Shown here piece after piece: positions 39,457-53,439 of a stretch of DNA of 64,000 bases. The stretch covers positions 310,001 to 374,000 of the forward strand of contig JAPDFW010000055.1 of the NCBI GenBank assembly GCA_028826165.1, written 5' to 3'. Each line of letters begins with the position of its first letter. The first letter of the stretch is position 1. Under the pieces are notes generated by a model. The model searched no databases. It was given only the letters and a program-made list of their open reading frames with translations, and was not told the origin of the DNA. Origin of the DNA: Anaeramoeba ignava BMAN (taxonomy: Eukaryota > Protista > Anaeramoebae). A program made the position numbers and the translations under genes.

Positions 39457-41642
39457 TCATTTCAAAAAATCATCTCTTGATAATAAATTTGAAAGAAAAC
39501 CACCAACTTTAACTTCACCTTGTTTTTTATTAAGATCAATAACTCTTGGAGATTGATTAGTTCTTTTAATTTGGGATAATCTTTCTTTTTTTTCTTCTTC
39601 TTTTTTCTTTTCTTGTTTTAAACGAATTTGTTCTTTTCTTTCGACTTCTCTTCTTTCTCTTTGTTCAATTTCATATTTACTACAAGCATTACCTTCATGA
39701 ATTGTTAAAACGGAAGTTTGAAAAGAAGCATCAATAAAACCGAATTTAGAAGTAGAAATGTTTGTTAAATTGAAAGAACTGCAATAAATCATTCGGCTAT
39801 AAAGTTGAGTAGGTTGAGATAAAGTTATTGTATAAATCAATAAAGGAAGTAAATCATCAGTTGAAAGTAATTTTGATTTGGATTCTTTTCCTGGATAAGC
39901 TAATTTTGTTAGTTTTTGAATTGTTGCATCAAGAACAAGCATCATTTCAAAAGGTGTTTTTCTTTGGAAGATGTTTTGGAAAAATTTCAACTGCAGGTTT
40001 GAAATCAATATGAGCAAATTCTTTTGATATTCCTGTGAGCAAACCAATTAAAATTAAATATAAAATTCAATATAAAATTAAAAATTAAAATTCAATTTAA
40101 AAATAAAATTAAATATAATTAAAATCGGATAAAAAATTAAAATTAAAATTAAAATTAAAAATAAAATTAAAATTCAATATAAATTTAAATTTAAAATTAA
40201 AATTAAAATTAAAATTAAAATTAAAATTAAAATTAAAATTAAAATTAAAATTAAAATTAAAAATTAAAATTAAAATCGGATAAAAATTAAAATTAAAATT
40301 AAAATTAAAATTCAATTTAAAATTAAAATTAAAATTCAATATAAAATTAAATTTAAATTAAAATAAAAATAAAAATTAAAATTAAAATCGGATAAAAATT
40401 AAAATTAAAATTAAAATAAAAATTAAAATTAAAAATTAAAAATTAAAATCGGATAAAAATTAAAATTAAAAAAACTTACCAAATGCAGCTGGTGGATTGC
40501 CTTTCACCTTTTTGATTTGTTGATAACAATTATCATCCTCTTCAGAATATAATTCCCTCATTTTTTTATAAATATTCAAAGTGCCAAGAACATACATTTT
40601 CATAATACTTAACAATTCAATTTTGTTATACTTTTGATTTGCTAAAACAGAAAACTTAGGATTAACATTAATAAAAATTGAGAAAGTATCTTCACATAAT
40701 TTCTCAATCCGATTAGCTGCATCTTCTTCATATTTCTTCACAAAAAAATATGACTGTTTGAATTCTTTTAATTTTTCTTTAATTTTTGGAAATACTTGAA
40801 AATTTTCATGGAATTTTGTGAGAAATTTTGAAATTTCTTCAAGTGTTTTGTGTGGAGGAAATATAGAAGAAACAGTGATAATCTCTCCAGAAAGAGAAAT
40901 CACTTCTTGAGTATTATAAATATTGAACTCAGGTTCTGGAACAATTTGGATTTTTTCTTTTGGTTTTTTCTTTTGATTCGTTTGAGTTTGTTGCCGTTGT
41001 TTTTCAACTACTGGTTTTTGCCGAAGTTCCTTTTGCGGTTTTTCCTTTACTTCTTTCTCAACAGGTTCGACCAATGGTGTCTCAATCAAAACTGCATTAA
41101 AAGGCTGGAAATTTTCATTAAAAAAAATTTCTTTTGTAATAATTGAAATGTTTCTTTTTTTTGAAAATCCTTTGGTTTTTTTTTTTTGGGATATTCAAGT
41201 GTGTTTTGAAAAGAATATTAATTTAATAACGATGAGATAATGATGTGTTGAGTCCAATAGTTTGTGTGTGATATGTATTTACCTTCTCGTGTTTTGATTG
41301 TTGTCCCGTCGATTTGAATACTCTTTGGTGGGTTTGTGTTTGTATCAAAAACGTCTTTAAAGCTAATTGAAGGTTTTAAAACATGCATCTCTTTTTTATT
41401 TCAATGTTAATTTTACGACCGAATATTTATTAAATATTACTTGTGAATTTATAATTTTAGAAAAAAAAAATAAGAAAAAAAATAAATATTTTACCAGCAA
41501 ATTCTTGATTAATTTGACTTTTAGTAAATGAGGATTTAGAAGGAACGCAAACTAACCATTGATTTCCTGATGCTTTTTCATATAAAGTGCTGAATTTCTT
41601 TTTTAAATCAATAAAAAAGGGATTTTTTGAAATTTCTTCCAT
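39457..41642 (-). CDS. VPS9-domain Rab GEF with VARP/ANKRD27-like N-terminus, no ankyrins
   Basis: N-terminus KNPFFIDLKK..LVCVPSKSS; VPS9 motif LSTDDLLPLLIYTI..LYSRMIY..FGFIDASFQ; three exons with GT-AG introns. Confidence 0.8.
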
Positions 41643-41717
41643 TACAAATAAAAAATAAAAAATGAAAAATGAAAAATAAAAAATGAAAAATAAAAAATGA
41701 AAAATGAAAAAGCAATT

Positions 41718-42260
41718 TTTATTCCACTTTTTATTTTTATCTAAGAATTAAATATAAATATTTATTAGATTAAGTTAAATAAATATTAATTAAATAAATA
41801 TATTTTTATTCCACTTTTTATTTATAAAAGAATTAATATAAATATTATATTAAATTAAATTAAATAAATATTAATTAATTAAATATATTTTTATTCCACT
41901 TTTTATTTTTGGAAAAGAATTAAATATAAATATTATATTAAATTAAGTTAAATAATTATTAATTAATTAAATATATTTTTATTCCACTTTTTATTTATCA
42001 AAGAATTAATATAAATATTATATTAAATTAAGTTAAATAAATATTAATTAAATATATTTTTATTCCACTTTTTATTTTTGGAAAATAATTAATATAAATA
42101 AAAATGATTTGAAAAAATAAACATTAATTTATTAAATATATTTTTATTCCACTTTTTATTTTTGGAAAAGAATTAAATATAAATATTATATTAAATTAAG
42201 TTAAATAATTATTAATTAATTAAATATATTTTTATTCCACTTTTTATTTTTGGAAAATAA
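41718..42260. repeat. About 85-bp tandem repeat (7 copies) each containing TTATTCCACTTTTT
   Basis: Motif at about 41722, 41809, 41894, 41982, 42063, 42147, 42236. Confidence 0.8.
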
Positions 42261-42330
42261 TTAAATATAAATAAAAATGATTTGAAAAAATAAAAAAATT
42301 GGAAAAAATTAAATTTAAATTTTTAATTTA

Positions 42331-42402
42331 GTTAGTGTAGCTCAGAGGGAGAGCAATCGACTGCAGATCGATAGGTCATGGGTTCAAATCCCGTCACTAA
42401 CA
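42331..42402 (+). tRNA. tRNA-Cys (GCA)
   Basis: Cloverleaf: GTTAGTG/CACTAAC acceptor, GCTC/GAGC D stem, ATCGA-CTGCAGA-TCGAT anticodon arm, ATGGG-TTCAAAT-CCCGT T arm. Confidence 0.93.
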
Positions 42403-42504
42403 CACATTTATAATTTAAATTTATTTTTTATTGATTTTTTATTGATTTTTTATTGTTGGAATTTTTTTTTCATTTTTTTTTTCTTTTGTTTGATAAAAAA
42501 GAAA

Positions 42505-43086
42505 ATGATTGATGTTATAATTGTTCATGGTTTTGGATGCAATTCAACAAATTTATGGTATTCTTGGCTTAAAAAAGAATTAGATTCAACAGAAGAATTT
42601 CAAGCAATAACACCAGATTTTCCTAATCCAAAAGATCCAGAATTAAAAGAATGGATAAAAACACTTGAAAAAGCAATTGAATCAACAAATGAGAAAAATC
42701 AATTGATTTTAATTGGTCATTCTTTAGGAGGATTTACAATACTTCGATACTTAGAAAAACTTGAAGATGAAGAAATAAGAAAAAGAATACTCAGTATTTA
42801 TCTTGTTGCTTCCCCTTCATTAACTCGAGAACGCGCGACATCTTTTTATTCACCGAAAATCAATCTTCAAAAAATTGATCAATTAATTTTGGATTTAAAA
42901 ATTCCTTTTTTTGCTATTTGGTCTGAAGATGATAAGATTGTTCCAAAAGAACATATTGATTATTTATCTGGAAATGATGGTTTATCTTCACTTCAATGCA
43001 AGATTATTAATAATTATGGTCATTTCTTAGAAAAAACAAATCAATATTTACTTGATTTAATAAAAGAAAATCATTTAAAAAATTAA
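42505..43086 (+). CDS. RBBP9/YdeN-family alpha/beta serine hydrolase
   Basis: IIVHGFG..WYSWLK..P..P..EW..IGHSLGG..LVASP..SEDDKIVP..GHF; intronless. Confidence 0.88.
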   Translation: MIDVIIVHGFGCNSTNLWYSWLKKELDSTEEFQAITPDFPNPKDPELKEWIKTLEKAIESTNEKNQLILIGHSLGGFTILRYLEKLEDEEIRKRILSIYLVASPSLTRERATSFYSPKINLQKIDQLILDLKIPFFAIWSEDDKIVPKEHIDYLSGNDGLSSLQCKIINNYGHFLEKTNQYLLDLIKENHLKN

Positions 43087-43181
43087 CTTTTTTAAAAAAA
43101 AAGCAAAAAAAAAAATTTTGTTCCACTTTTTATTTTTATTTTTTTTTTTTAAATTTTATAAAAGAATAAAAATAAATTTGG

Positions 43182-45204
43182 TTATTTTCTTGTATGAACA
43201 CTTTGTTCTAATTTTGATTCTTCAACTTCATTTTGTCTTTTGAAATGAGCTTCAGTTGGTTGTTGATTTTGAGATGGTTGATTTTGAATACCTGGAATAT
43301 GAGAAAGAGGCCAAAGTTCTTCTATTCTCAAAATAAAATTCAAATTCAAATTCAAATTTAAATTCAAATTCAATATAAATTTTAATTACCTAAACTTAAA
43401 GAAATATCTTGAACATTTAAATATTTTGATTCTCTATGTTTAGCAAATTCACAAGCAGAATTAACAATTTGATGAACAAATTCTTCAGCTAATTCTTCTA
43501 AAATCTTTTTTTTACAAATTATAAATTTAATTATAAATTTAATTATAAATTTAATTATAAATTTGATTATAAATTTGTTTATAAATTTGTTTATAAAGTT
43601 GTTAATAAATTTGTTTATAAATTTAATTATAAATTTAATTATAAATTTGTTTATAATTTTGTTTATAAATTTAATTATAAATTTAATTATAAATTTAATT
43701 ATAAATTTAATTATAAATTTGTTAATAAATTTAATAATAAATTTGTTTATAAATTTGTTTATAAATTTGTTTATAAATTTGTTTATAAATTTGTTTATAA
43801 ATTTGTTTATAAATTTGTTTATAAATTTAATTATAAATTTGTTTATAAATTTGTTTATAAATTTGTTTATAAATTTGTTTATAAATTTGTTTATAAATTT
43901 AATTATAAATTTGTTTATAAATTTAATTATAAATTTGTTTATAAATTTAATTATAAATTTGTTTATAAATTTGTTTAAAAATTTAATTATAAATTTGATT
44001 ATAAATTTGTTTATAAATTTGTTTATAAATTTGATTATAAATTTGTTTATAAATTTAATTATAAATTTGATTATAAATTTGTTTATAAATTTGATTATAA
44101 ATTTGTTTATAAATTTAATTATAAATTTGATTATAAATTTGATTATAAATTTAATTATAAATTTGATTATAAATTTGTTTATAAATTTAATTATAAATTT
44201 GTTTATAAATTTGTTTATAAATTTGTTTATAAATTTGTTTATAAATTTGTTTATAAATTTGTTTAAAAAGTTGTTTATAAATTTAATTATAAATTTAATT
44301 ATAAATTTGATTATAAATTTGATTATAAATTTAATTATAAATTTAATTATAAATTTAATTATAAATTTAATTATAAATTTAATTATAAATTTGTTTATAA
44401 ATTTAATTATAAATTTGTTTATAAATTTGTTTATAAATTTGTTTATAAATTTGTTTATAAATTTGTTTATAAATTTGTTTATAAATTTAATTATAAATTT
44501 AATTATAAATTTGTTTATAAATTTGTTTATAAATTTGTTTATAAATTTGTTTATAATTTTGTTTAAAAAGTTGTTTATAAAGTTGTTTATAAAGTTGTTT
44601 ATAAATTTGTTTAAAAAGTTGTTTATAAATTTCTTTATAAATTTAATTATAAATTTGTTTATAAATTTGTTTATAATTTTGTTTAAAAAGTTGTTTATAA
44701 AGTTGTTTATAAAGTTGTTTATAAATTTGTTTAAAAAGTTGTTTATAAATTTCTTTATAAATTTAATTATAAATTTAATTATAAATTTGTTTATAATTTT
44801 CTTTATAAAGTTGTTTATAAAGTTGTTTATAATTTTGTTTATAAATTTGTTTATAAAGTTGTTAATAAATTTAATAATAAATTTCATAAAAAGTTGTTAA
44901 TAAATTTCTTTATAAAGTTGTTTAAAAAGTTGTTAATAATTTTCTTTAAAAATTTCATTATAAAGTTGTTAATAAATTTCTTAATAAATTTCATAAAAAG
45001 TTGTTAATAAATTTCATAAAAATTTGTTTGTAATTGTAAAATAACTTTTTGTGCATCTGGTTCTATGGATTGAAATGGTTCAATTCTAGCAAGAATTTCT
45101 CGAATTGCTCTTTTAGATAATAATTTCTGAATAAAAAAAAATAATAAATTACTTAATTAAAAATAATAATAAAATTTAAATAAATAAATTACTTTTTCAG
45201 ACAT
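43182..45204 (-). CDS. TAF12: TFIID subunit TAF12 (histone fold)
   Basis: Four exons: MSEK / KLLSKRAIREILARIEPFQSIEPDAQK / ILEELAEEFVHQIVNSACEFAKHRESKYLNVQDISLSL / EELWPLSHIPG. Confidence 0.88.
43515..44990. repeat. Intronic 12-nt satellite (TTTATAAATTTG / TTATAAATTTAA)n
   Basis: Fills the 1.5-kb TAF12 intron and produces spurious long ORFs on both strands. Confidence 0.95.
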
Positions 45205-45268
45205 TTTTAAAAAGAAAAAAATGAAAAATAATTTTTTTGAATTTTTTCTTTTTCATTTTTTTTTTGAA

Positions 45269-46539
45269 ATGAATAATTTTCCTTATTTATCTCTTCCAAT
45301 TAAAATTACATCATCTAATTATATTGGAAATCATGTTGCAATTCGTTCAAACACACAAATTTTCATTTCAAATTTAAATCAAATATTTTGTGTTATTATT
45401 GAACCAATAGAAACATTTTTAGAAATTTCAAATAAAAATGAATTAAAATTAAAAAATTTTGAAGAAATTGATAAAAATGAATTTAAACATTCAATAGAAA
45501 TTCAAGAAATATTTCTTTATCAAGAACAAAAAACCCAGAAAGAATATTTAGCAAGTATTGACAAATCTAATAGATTAATCATTCGTTTACTTAATTCTGG
45601 TAAAAAATCAAAAAATCAAAAAAAAAAAAACTGATTTTTTTGATTATTCATTTTACTTGAATTTCTTGAATATATTTTTTATCATTGCAATCATGAAAAG
45701 AAGGAGAACCAATTGAGTACAAAATTTTCCATAATAAACTTCCCATTGGGACATCATTTGGATGGGGAGGAATTGATATGAAATTATTTGAAGAAAATAT
45801 ATTAATTGCAACAGCAAATATGTTTGGAAAAGTTATTGATATATATGATTTTGAAACAAGCAAATTAATAAGAAGAATTCAAACAGGACAATTTCCAATG
45901 CAGATTAAATTAATGTTTTTAGAAAACAAGAAAAAACAAGTGATAACAACAGAATTAAACCAAATTGTAGTATATGATTTTGAGTTACCAGAACAACAAG
46001 AATGCGTTAAGAGAATCATCTCTCCAAGTAATGAACTTCTTTATTCACTTGAAGTTGGAGAACATTTTATTGCTGCAGGTGGAGCTAATCGCTCTATTTA
46101 TTTTTATAATAACCAAAATTATACTTTTTTGGAATCTTGGTTAAATGCAACTAAACATGAAATTTCTCATTTTAAAATTCCTAAAAATCATCAAGATATT
46201 TGTTTTGTTGGTGGAAATGACCAAGAATTGATTATTGGATTATGGTCAAAAAAGAAGAGAAATGAAATGATGAGAATGAATGAATATAAAGAATTAAATT
46301 TACTTTCAGATTCAAATTGGATTGGATTTGATGTTAAAGAGAATAATATAAATGATGAAAACAATTTAAATAATTTCATTTTTTTTGTTGGTTTATCTCA
46401 AATTGGTTCGCTTTATTTCTTTCCTTATAATATTCAATTCGATAATTCTTCTGATAAATCAAATCAACATTTTCCTCTTCAAAATAATTTGGGTACTAAA
46501 AGATCTTTAAATGAAAATCAAAATCAAAATCAAAATTAG
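45269..46539 (+). CDS. WD40-like beta-propeller protein
   Basis: Two exons (intron about 45600-45701); KVIDIYD, IVVYD, IAAGGANRSIYFYN, FVGGNDQEL. Confidence 0.6.
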
Positions 46540-46701
46540 AAATTTATCTTCTTCTAAATTTTATTATTTTTTTTTTCATTTTAACTAAAAAAAAAAAAAA
46601 GTGGAAAAGAATTTGGATGAAAAATAATTTGGATCAACAAAAACAAAAACAAAAACAAAAAAAAAAAAAATATTCATTTCTATTAAAAAAAATTTTTCAA
46701 T

Positions 46702-49700
46702 TTATTTTAAAAAAAAATATCTTTTTGTTTTCTTATTAAATTTTAAATCATAACCTTTTTTAAAAAGTGAAACAACTGGAACAAACAATTCTTTATAATG
46801 TTCTGTTGAATTAACAAGAACTAATAATTTCCCACAAAGTGAATTTGTTGCAATAAGATGATAAATTGAAGCAATATTCTTTTTAAAAATTAAAAATATT
46901 AAAAATATTAAAAATTAAGTATTAAAAATTTTCTTTTTTGATTTTTGAAAATTTACAATAAATCTTCGATCTTTTAAATCAAAACATGATTTCAAAACAA
47001 TATGAAAACTCACAAACAATGATTTTTCAATCAAATAATCAACAATAATCTTAATATCCTTTTCAATACTTTTTAGTGAATGTTTTTGTCTTGATAATTT
47101 TTGTTTTGATTTGATTTTTTGTTTTTCTTGATTTGCCATATTGAAAATTTTTTTGAATGTTTCAAGTCCACAAATCACAACAGATTTTTGAGTATTTGTT
47201 GTAATCAATTCGATCAATATTCTGAACTGATTACTTTTAATCATTTTAGTAACAAATCCAGTTTGATGAAGAATAGATTGATAAACAACTTGCCACAAAG
47301 TTTTACTCAAATTAAAACTTGTTGAGTGATAAAACAATCCAAGAAAAGAACTGAAAAAATCGGAATTTTTTATCACAACAGAAAATACTTGATTATCCAA
47401 AAGTATTTCTCTCAAAATTGAAACTAAATTAGTTTTAACTTCATCCATATTCTTTGGAATTTTAAGAATTATTGAAATGATTATTTGCAAATGCTCCAAC
47501 GTAATTACTAAATATGACTGTTGTGAATATACTATTTTTGTGGGTAATTCTGTTCGAATTAGTGATAAATGTCTGAATTTCTTTGCCATAATTTTCATTG
47601 TTTTTGTCAGATAAATCAAACTTATTGTGAAATCCTTATTATTAACAAGATATTCACACTGAAAAAGTAAATCAAAAAACAATTTTCCTCGAAATATATT
47701 ATATACTGGATCGTTTCCTTTTTTCAGCTTGATTTTGTTGAATATCACTCTAAAAAAATCAAATAATAATAAATTCATCAATCGATAAGTTGGAGTAATT
47801 TCAAAATGATTTTCGTTTTCAATCTGTTTTTGTGGTTGAATATCTTCAATTATAAAAGGATAATTTTTTGAATATTTTTGTGTTAAAATTGTAAGCCACT
47901 TAGGCTTATTGAGCAATATACTCCATAAATGTTTGCAATGATATTGTGTATGACTGAATCTACTATTTGCTAATTTTCTAATATTTTCAATAATTTTCGC
48001 TTCATTTGAACTTAAAATATCCTAAGAAAAAAAAAATATTCAAATATATATATATATATTTAAATTTTGATTGTTTTCTTCTTTATCTTTTTACAATAGT
48101 TGTTGAATCTTCCAATTCTAATAGTTTTTTCAAAATAAATGAATTATATCTAGAAATTATAATTGATCGTGAATTTATTCCTTCAAATATACTATTGGTT
48201 ATATCGTTCAGATTATTTTTTAATTGGTTTTCTAAAATTAATCTGAATTGTTTCATTTTTTTCAAAATTTCTGTTGTTCCTGAAATGAATGAGAATAATT
48301 GCTCTTCTGATGTAATTTTTGATTGAATAATTGAAAAATAATAATCAAGAAAGAAAACATTCTCGAATTGATATAAATCTGGATTTTGTTTCTTTTTCTA
48401 AATGAAATGAAAATTGTAAATATTTTTTAAAATGAATATTTTTTAAAATCATTTTACCATGCGACAAATTTGTTGAATTTCATCAGAATAACAAAATAAT
48501 ATTTGTGAATTAGTATCAATAATATTAACTGAATAAGCAAGATAATAAAGATTTAAAATTGAATGATTATTTAAATAATAATTAATAAGCGAACGACCCA
48601 AAGATGTTTGAAGAGTTTCAAAAATAAATTGAGCTAACTAAAACCAAATTAGAGAAATATTTCAAAGAAACAAACAAAATTTATGAATTGAATTTTGAAA
48701 TGATGATTATTTACTTTCAAATGAAAAGCAAACGATTGGATTTCATTAAATAGATTTAAAACTTTGAAAAAATTTTCTGCTGTTAACGAAGATTGGAAAA
48801 ATGTTGAATATGGCTTTTCTTCATATTCAACAATAACAAAATCGGATAATAAAAAAGTAAAATGATCAAATCCCATTTTAAGTCGAAAAATGTCTTTAAA
48901 TTGTTCAAAATTGAGAATATTTCCTGAATTTGCTAAATCATCAATATATTGTTTTTCCTTTAAATAATGCTGTATTGATACAAAAAAAAAATGAATTTAT
49001 TATGAATAAAAAGAACCAATAAATTTTATATTTACTTCTTTTAAATATTTATTTGGTTTAGTTGAATATTTATAATCATCAAGTTTTGTTTTTGGGATAA
49101 GATTATCAATTTCTTTTTGAAGAGTTTTAAGGTAATTTGGATCTTTGATTTGTGTTATATCAAATTTACAATCAAGATCATAATTTGTAAATGAAAAATC
49201 TAAATCTTTTTTCTATTTTTTCAATTAAATTTTTCCAAATGAATAAAACACAAAGAAAAGAAGATTTTTTTTTAACCAATTTTTGTTATTTGAGAATATA
49301 CATTCACATTAATTGGAATTTTGAAGGATTCATTTAATATTTCTTCAGTTAAATCATTTCTTCTAAGAGGTTGATGTAATTTATCCTTGTCTTTCTTTGT
49401 ATATTGAAGAGTATTTTTTGATATTATTTTTACTTGCATTTGAAAAAGAATAGGTTTACAATTTGATTTGAATTTTTGTAAATTATTTTGGGTATTTGAG
49501 TATATTTTCTGGATAAAATCTTTAATATTTTTAAAATCTTTAATATTTTCATTATTTTCATTATTTTCATTATTTTCATTATTTTCATTATTTTGTTTAT
49601 AAAATGGATTATATTCTTCCGTTTTCAATTTGCAAAAAATTTTAGAACAATTGCCAAATATAGGAGAATAAAAGAATAAATTAAGCTCAATTTTATGCTT

Positions 49701-52274
49701 ATAAATGATATACCAATTTACTCTTGAAATTTTCTTTTTAATTTTTCTATCATATTTATCCTATTAAAAAAATCAATTTTTGAATTAATTTTTTAAATAA
49801 TTTTTAAATAATTTTTAAATAAATTTTTGAATTAATTTTTGAATTAATTTTTGGAATTAATTTTTTAATAAATTTTTGGAATTAATTTTTAAATAAATTT
49901 TTGAATTAATTTTTAAATAAATTTTTGGATTAATTTTTGAATAAATTTTTAAATAAATTTTTGAATTAATTTTTAAATTAATTTTTGGATTTATTTTTAA
50001 ATTAATTTTTAAATAATTTTTGAATTAATTTTTAAATAAATTTTTGGAATTAATTTTTTAATAAATTTTTAAATAAATTTTTGAATTAATTTTTAAATTT
50101 ATTTTTGGATTTATTTTTAATTTTATTTTTGAATTAATTTTTGGATTAATTTTTGAATTAATTTTTAAATTAATTTTTGAATTTATTTTTAAATTAATTT
50201 TTGGATTTATTTTTAAATAAATTTTTGGAATTAATTTTTTAATAAATTTTTAAATAAATTTTTGAATTAATTTTTAAATTAATTTTTAAATAATTTTTGA
50301 ATTTATTTTTGGATTAATTTTTGGATTAATTTTTAAATTAATTTTTGGATTAATTTTTGGATTAATTTTGAATTAATTTTTAAATAAATTTTTGAATTAA
50401 AATTTACAAATGCAGTTTCTTTTTCTTTAAGAAATTTCTTTTCAATTAATTCTTTTCTTTCATCTCCTGTAAGAAAACCATACATTTCCTCAAAATTTCT
50501 TGGATGAGGAGGTAATAATTTAGTTTGATCCAAAACAGTTTCTGCCCATTTTAAATATGCTTTTTCATAATCTTTTCATTTTAAAATAGATTTTGATTTT
50601 TTATTTTAAGATGAATTTACTTTTATTAATTTTTTTTGGAAATGGTTAATTTACCTTCAAAACAAGAATAATTTTGTGATTTTGGAGCTGATGGAATTAA
50701 ATAATTTTTCCAACTTTGTGATTGTCGAATTAGCAAATCTGTTCCTTCATAAAATCCAATTGAATGATTTGAAAATTTTGACTTTTGTTTTGGGAATTAA
50801 TTTGGAAAATTGATTTGGAAAATGATTTAAAAATTGATTTAAAAATTGATTTGGAAAATAATTTGGAAAATGATTTAGAAATTGATTTGGAAAAATGATT
50901 TAATAATTGATTTAATAATTAATTTAATAATTAATTTAAAAATTGATTTAAATATTGATTTAAATATTGATTTAAAAACTGATTTAGAAAATGATTTAAA
51001 TATTGATTTAAAAACTGATTTAGAAAATGATTTAGAAATTGATTTAAAAATTGATTTTTAAATTGATTTGAAAATTGATTTAAAAATTGATTTGAAAATT
51101 GATTTAAAAATTGATTTGGAAATTGATTTAAATATTGATTTAATAATTATCTACATCGTTTTCATCAAAGAATTCTGAAGAATTTTCTTTTTCACTTTGA
51201 GTTTCTGATTCTGTTTCTTCAAATTCATTTTTAAGACTTGATAAAGAAGTTCTTTGTGAAATTATTGGAGATTTAGAAGGATCTGAAGATCCTCTATTTG
51301 GAAAAGGAGGAAATTGTTCATCAGATTCAAAATCTTTATAAGTCTTTTTTATTTTAAATTTTGATTTTGATTTTAATTTTAATTTTAATTTTAATTTTAA
51401 TTTTAATTTTAATTTTAATTTTAATTTTAATTTTAATTTTAATTTTGATTTAAAAAACCTGAATTTTATGAAATTTTGGTCGAGAATATTGTCTTCCAAT
51501 TAAATGTGGTAATTTAACAAATCCAATTTTTTGAGTTAAATCATTTTTCCATTGAATTATTTTTTCTTCAAATTGTGAATAAGATTTACAATTAGTTGAA
51601 GTTGGAAATGGAGATAAATTATGAAAATTTGGAATATTTTGATTTGAATGTAAAATTTGTTCATCTTTAATTTGTTTATTTTCAATTTGCTCATTTTTAA
51701 TTTGTTTATTTTCAATTTGTTTATTTTCAATTTGTTTATCAATTTGTTTATCAATTTGCTCATTTTCAATTTGTTTATTTTCAATTTGTTTATTTTTAAT
51801 TTGTTCATTTTTAATTTGTTTATCAATTTGTTTATTTTCAATTTGTTTATTTTTAATTTGTTCATCTTCAATTTGTTCATCTTTAATTTGTTCATTTTCA
51901 ATTTGTTTATCAATTTGTTCATTTGAAAATGAATCAATTTCGTTATAAAAAAAATCAAATTGTTTTCCATTTGAAGAAATATAAAAAGGAAAATTTTGAT
52001 ATTTTGGATTGATTTCTTGATTTGTTTCTTGATTTGTTTCAATATGTTGTATAAATGGTGCTGGATATCTTTTTTGATCTATTTTCCATTTGGAATTATT
52101 TTTTTTTTAAATTTGATTTTTTTTTAATCTTTTTGTTTTTGTTTTTGAAAAAATTTTTTTACCATTTGTTTGAAAAGGTTTTTCTATTGAAAATTGAAGT
52201 CTCAAATTGGTTTTTGCTCGTTGTTTTATTGTCATATTTCTTATAATTCTTGTATATCTTTTGTTCATTTTCAT
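46702..52274 (-). CDS. Second large multi-exon ScaA-like paralogue (ends approximate)
   Basis: C-terminus KSIEKDIKIIVDYLIEKSLFVSFH aligns with KSFERDVKLIADFFFKNSLFVRFH of the 28.8-34.5 kb gene; also NYSCFEDYEKAYLKW. Confidence 0.5.
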
Positions 52275-52549
52275 TTTTGTTTTATTTTGTTTTGTTTTAA
52301 TCAAAAAAGAAAAAGAAAAAAAATTTAATTAAAAAAAAAATGAAAAAAAAAGAAAAAAAATGAAAAAAAGAAAATTTAAAAAAAAAAAATTTAATTTGAG
52401 GACTAATTTCAATTTCAATTTCAATTTTAATTTTAATTTCAATTTGAATTTCAATTTCTTTTCAAATAAAAATTTAAAAAGGAAAAAAAAATTTTTTTTA
52501 TTGATCAAAATTAAAATGAAATTTTCCAAAAGAAATTAATTTAAAAATT

Positions 52550-53380
52550 GATTTAGAAATTGATTTAGATTTATATTTAGGTTTTGATTTAGATTTTAAT
52601 TTAGATTTAGATTTAGGTTTTGATTTTTATTTTGATTTTGATTTTCTAATGGATTTTTATTTTGATTTTGATTTTGATTTAGAAATTGATTTAGATTTTG
52701 ATTTAGGTTTTGATTTTTATTTAGAAATTGATTTTGATTTTGATTTTTATTTTGATTTAGAATTTGATTTTGATTTTGATTTTGATTTTGATTTTGATTT
52801 TGATTTTTATTTTGATTTAGAAATTGATTTTGATTTAGGTTTTGATTTTGATTTTGATTTTTATTTTTATTTTGATTTAGATTTAGGTTTAGATTTTGAT
52901 TTTGATTTTGATTTTGATTTTGATTTTGATTTTAGATTTTTATTTTGATTTTGATTTTTGGTTTTGATTTTGATTTTGATTTTGATTTTGATTTTGATTT
53001 TGATTTTGATTTTGATTTTGATTTTGATTTTGATTTTGATTTAGAAATTGATTTTGATTTAGGTTTTGATTTTGATTTTGATTTTTATTTTTATTTTTGA
53101 TTTTGATTTTGATTTTGATTTTGATTTTGATTTTGATTTTGATTTTGATTTTGATTTAGATTTAGGTTTTGATTTAGATTTTTATTTTGATTTTTTTGAT
53201 TTTTGATTTTTATTTTGATTTTGATTTTTTTTATTTTTGATTTTGATTTTGATTTTGATTTTGATTTTGATTTTGATTTTGATTTTGATTTTGATTTTGA
53301 TTTTGATTTTGATTTTGATTTTGATTTTGATTTTGATTTTGATTTTGATTTTGATTTTGATTTTGATTTTGATTTTGATT
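52550..53380. repeat. (GATTTT)n microsatellite
   Basis: Visible tandem array. Confidence 0.9.
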
Positions 53381-53439
53381 TAATCAAAAATAATCAATTC
53401 CTATTTTGATTTTTGGAAGAATTTATTAAGAAATTGTTT

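Noticed and set aside
43382-44900. 501-aa and 445-aa ORFs on opposite strands (KFIN/INLF repeats)
   Set aside because: Translation of a 12-nt satellite within a TAF12 intron; only the short TAF12 exon is real.
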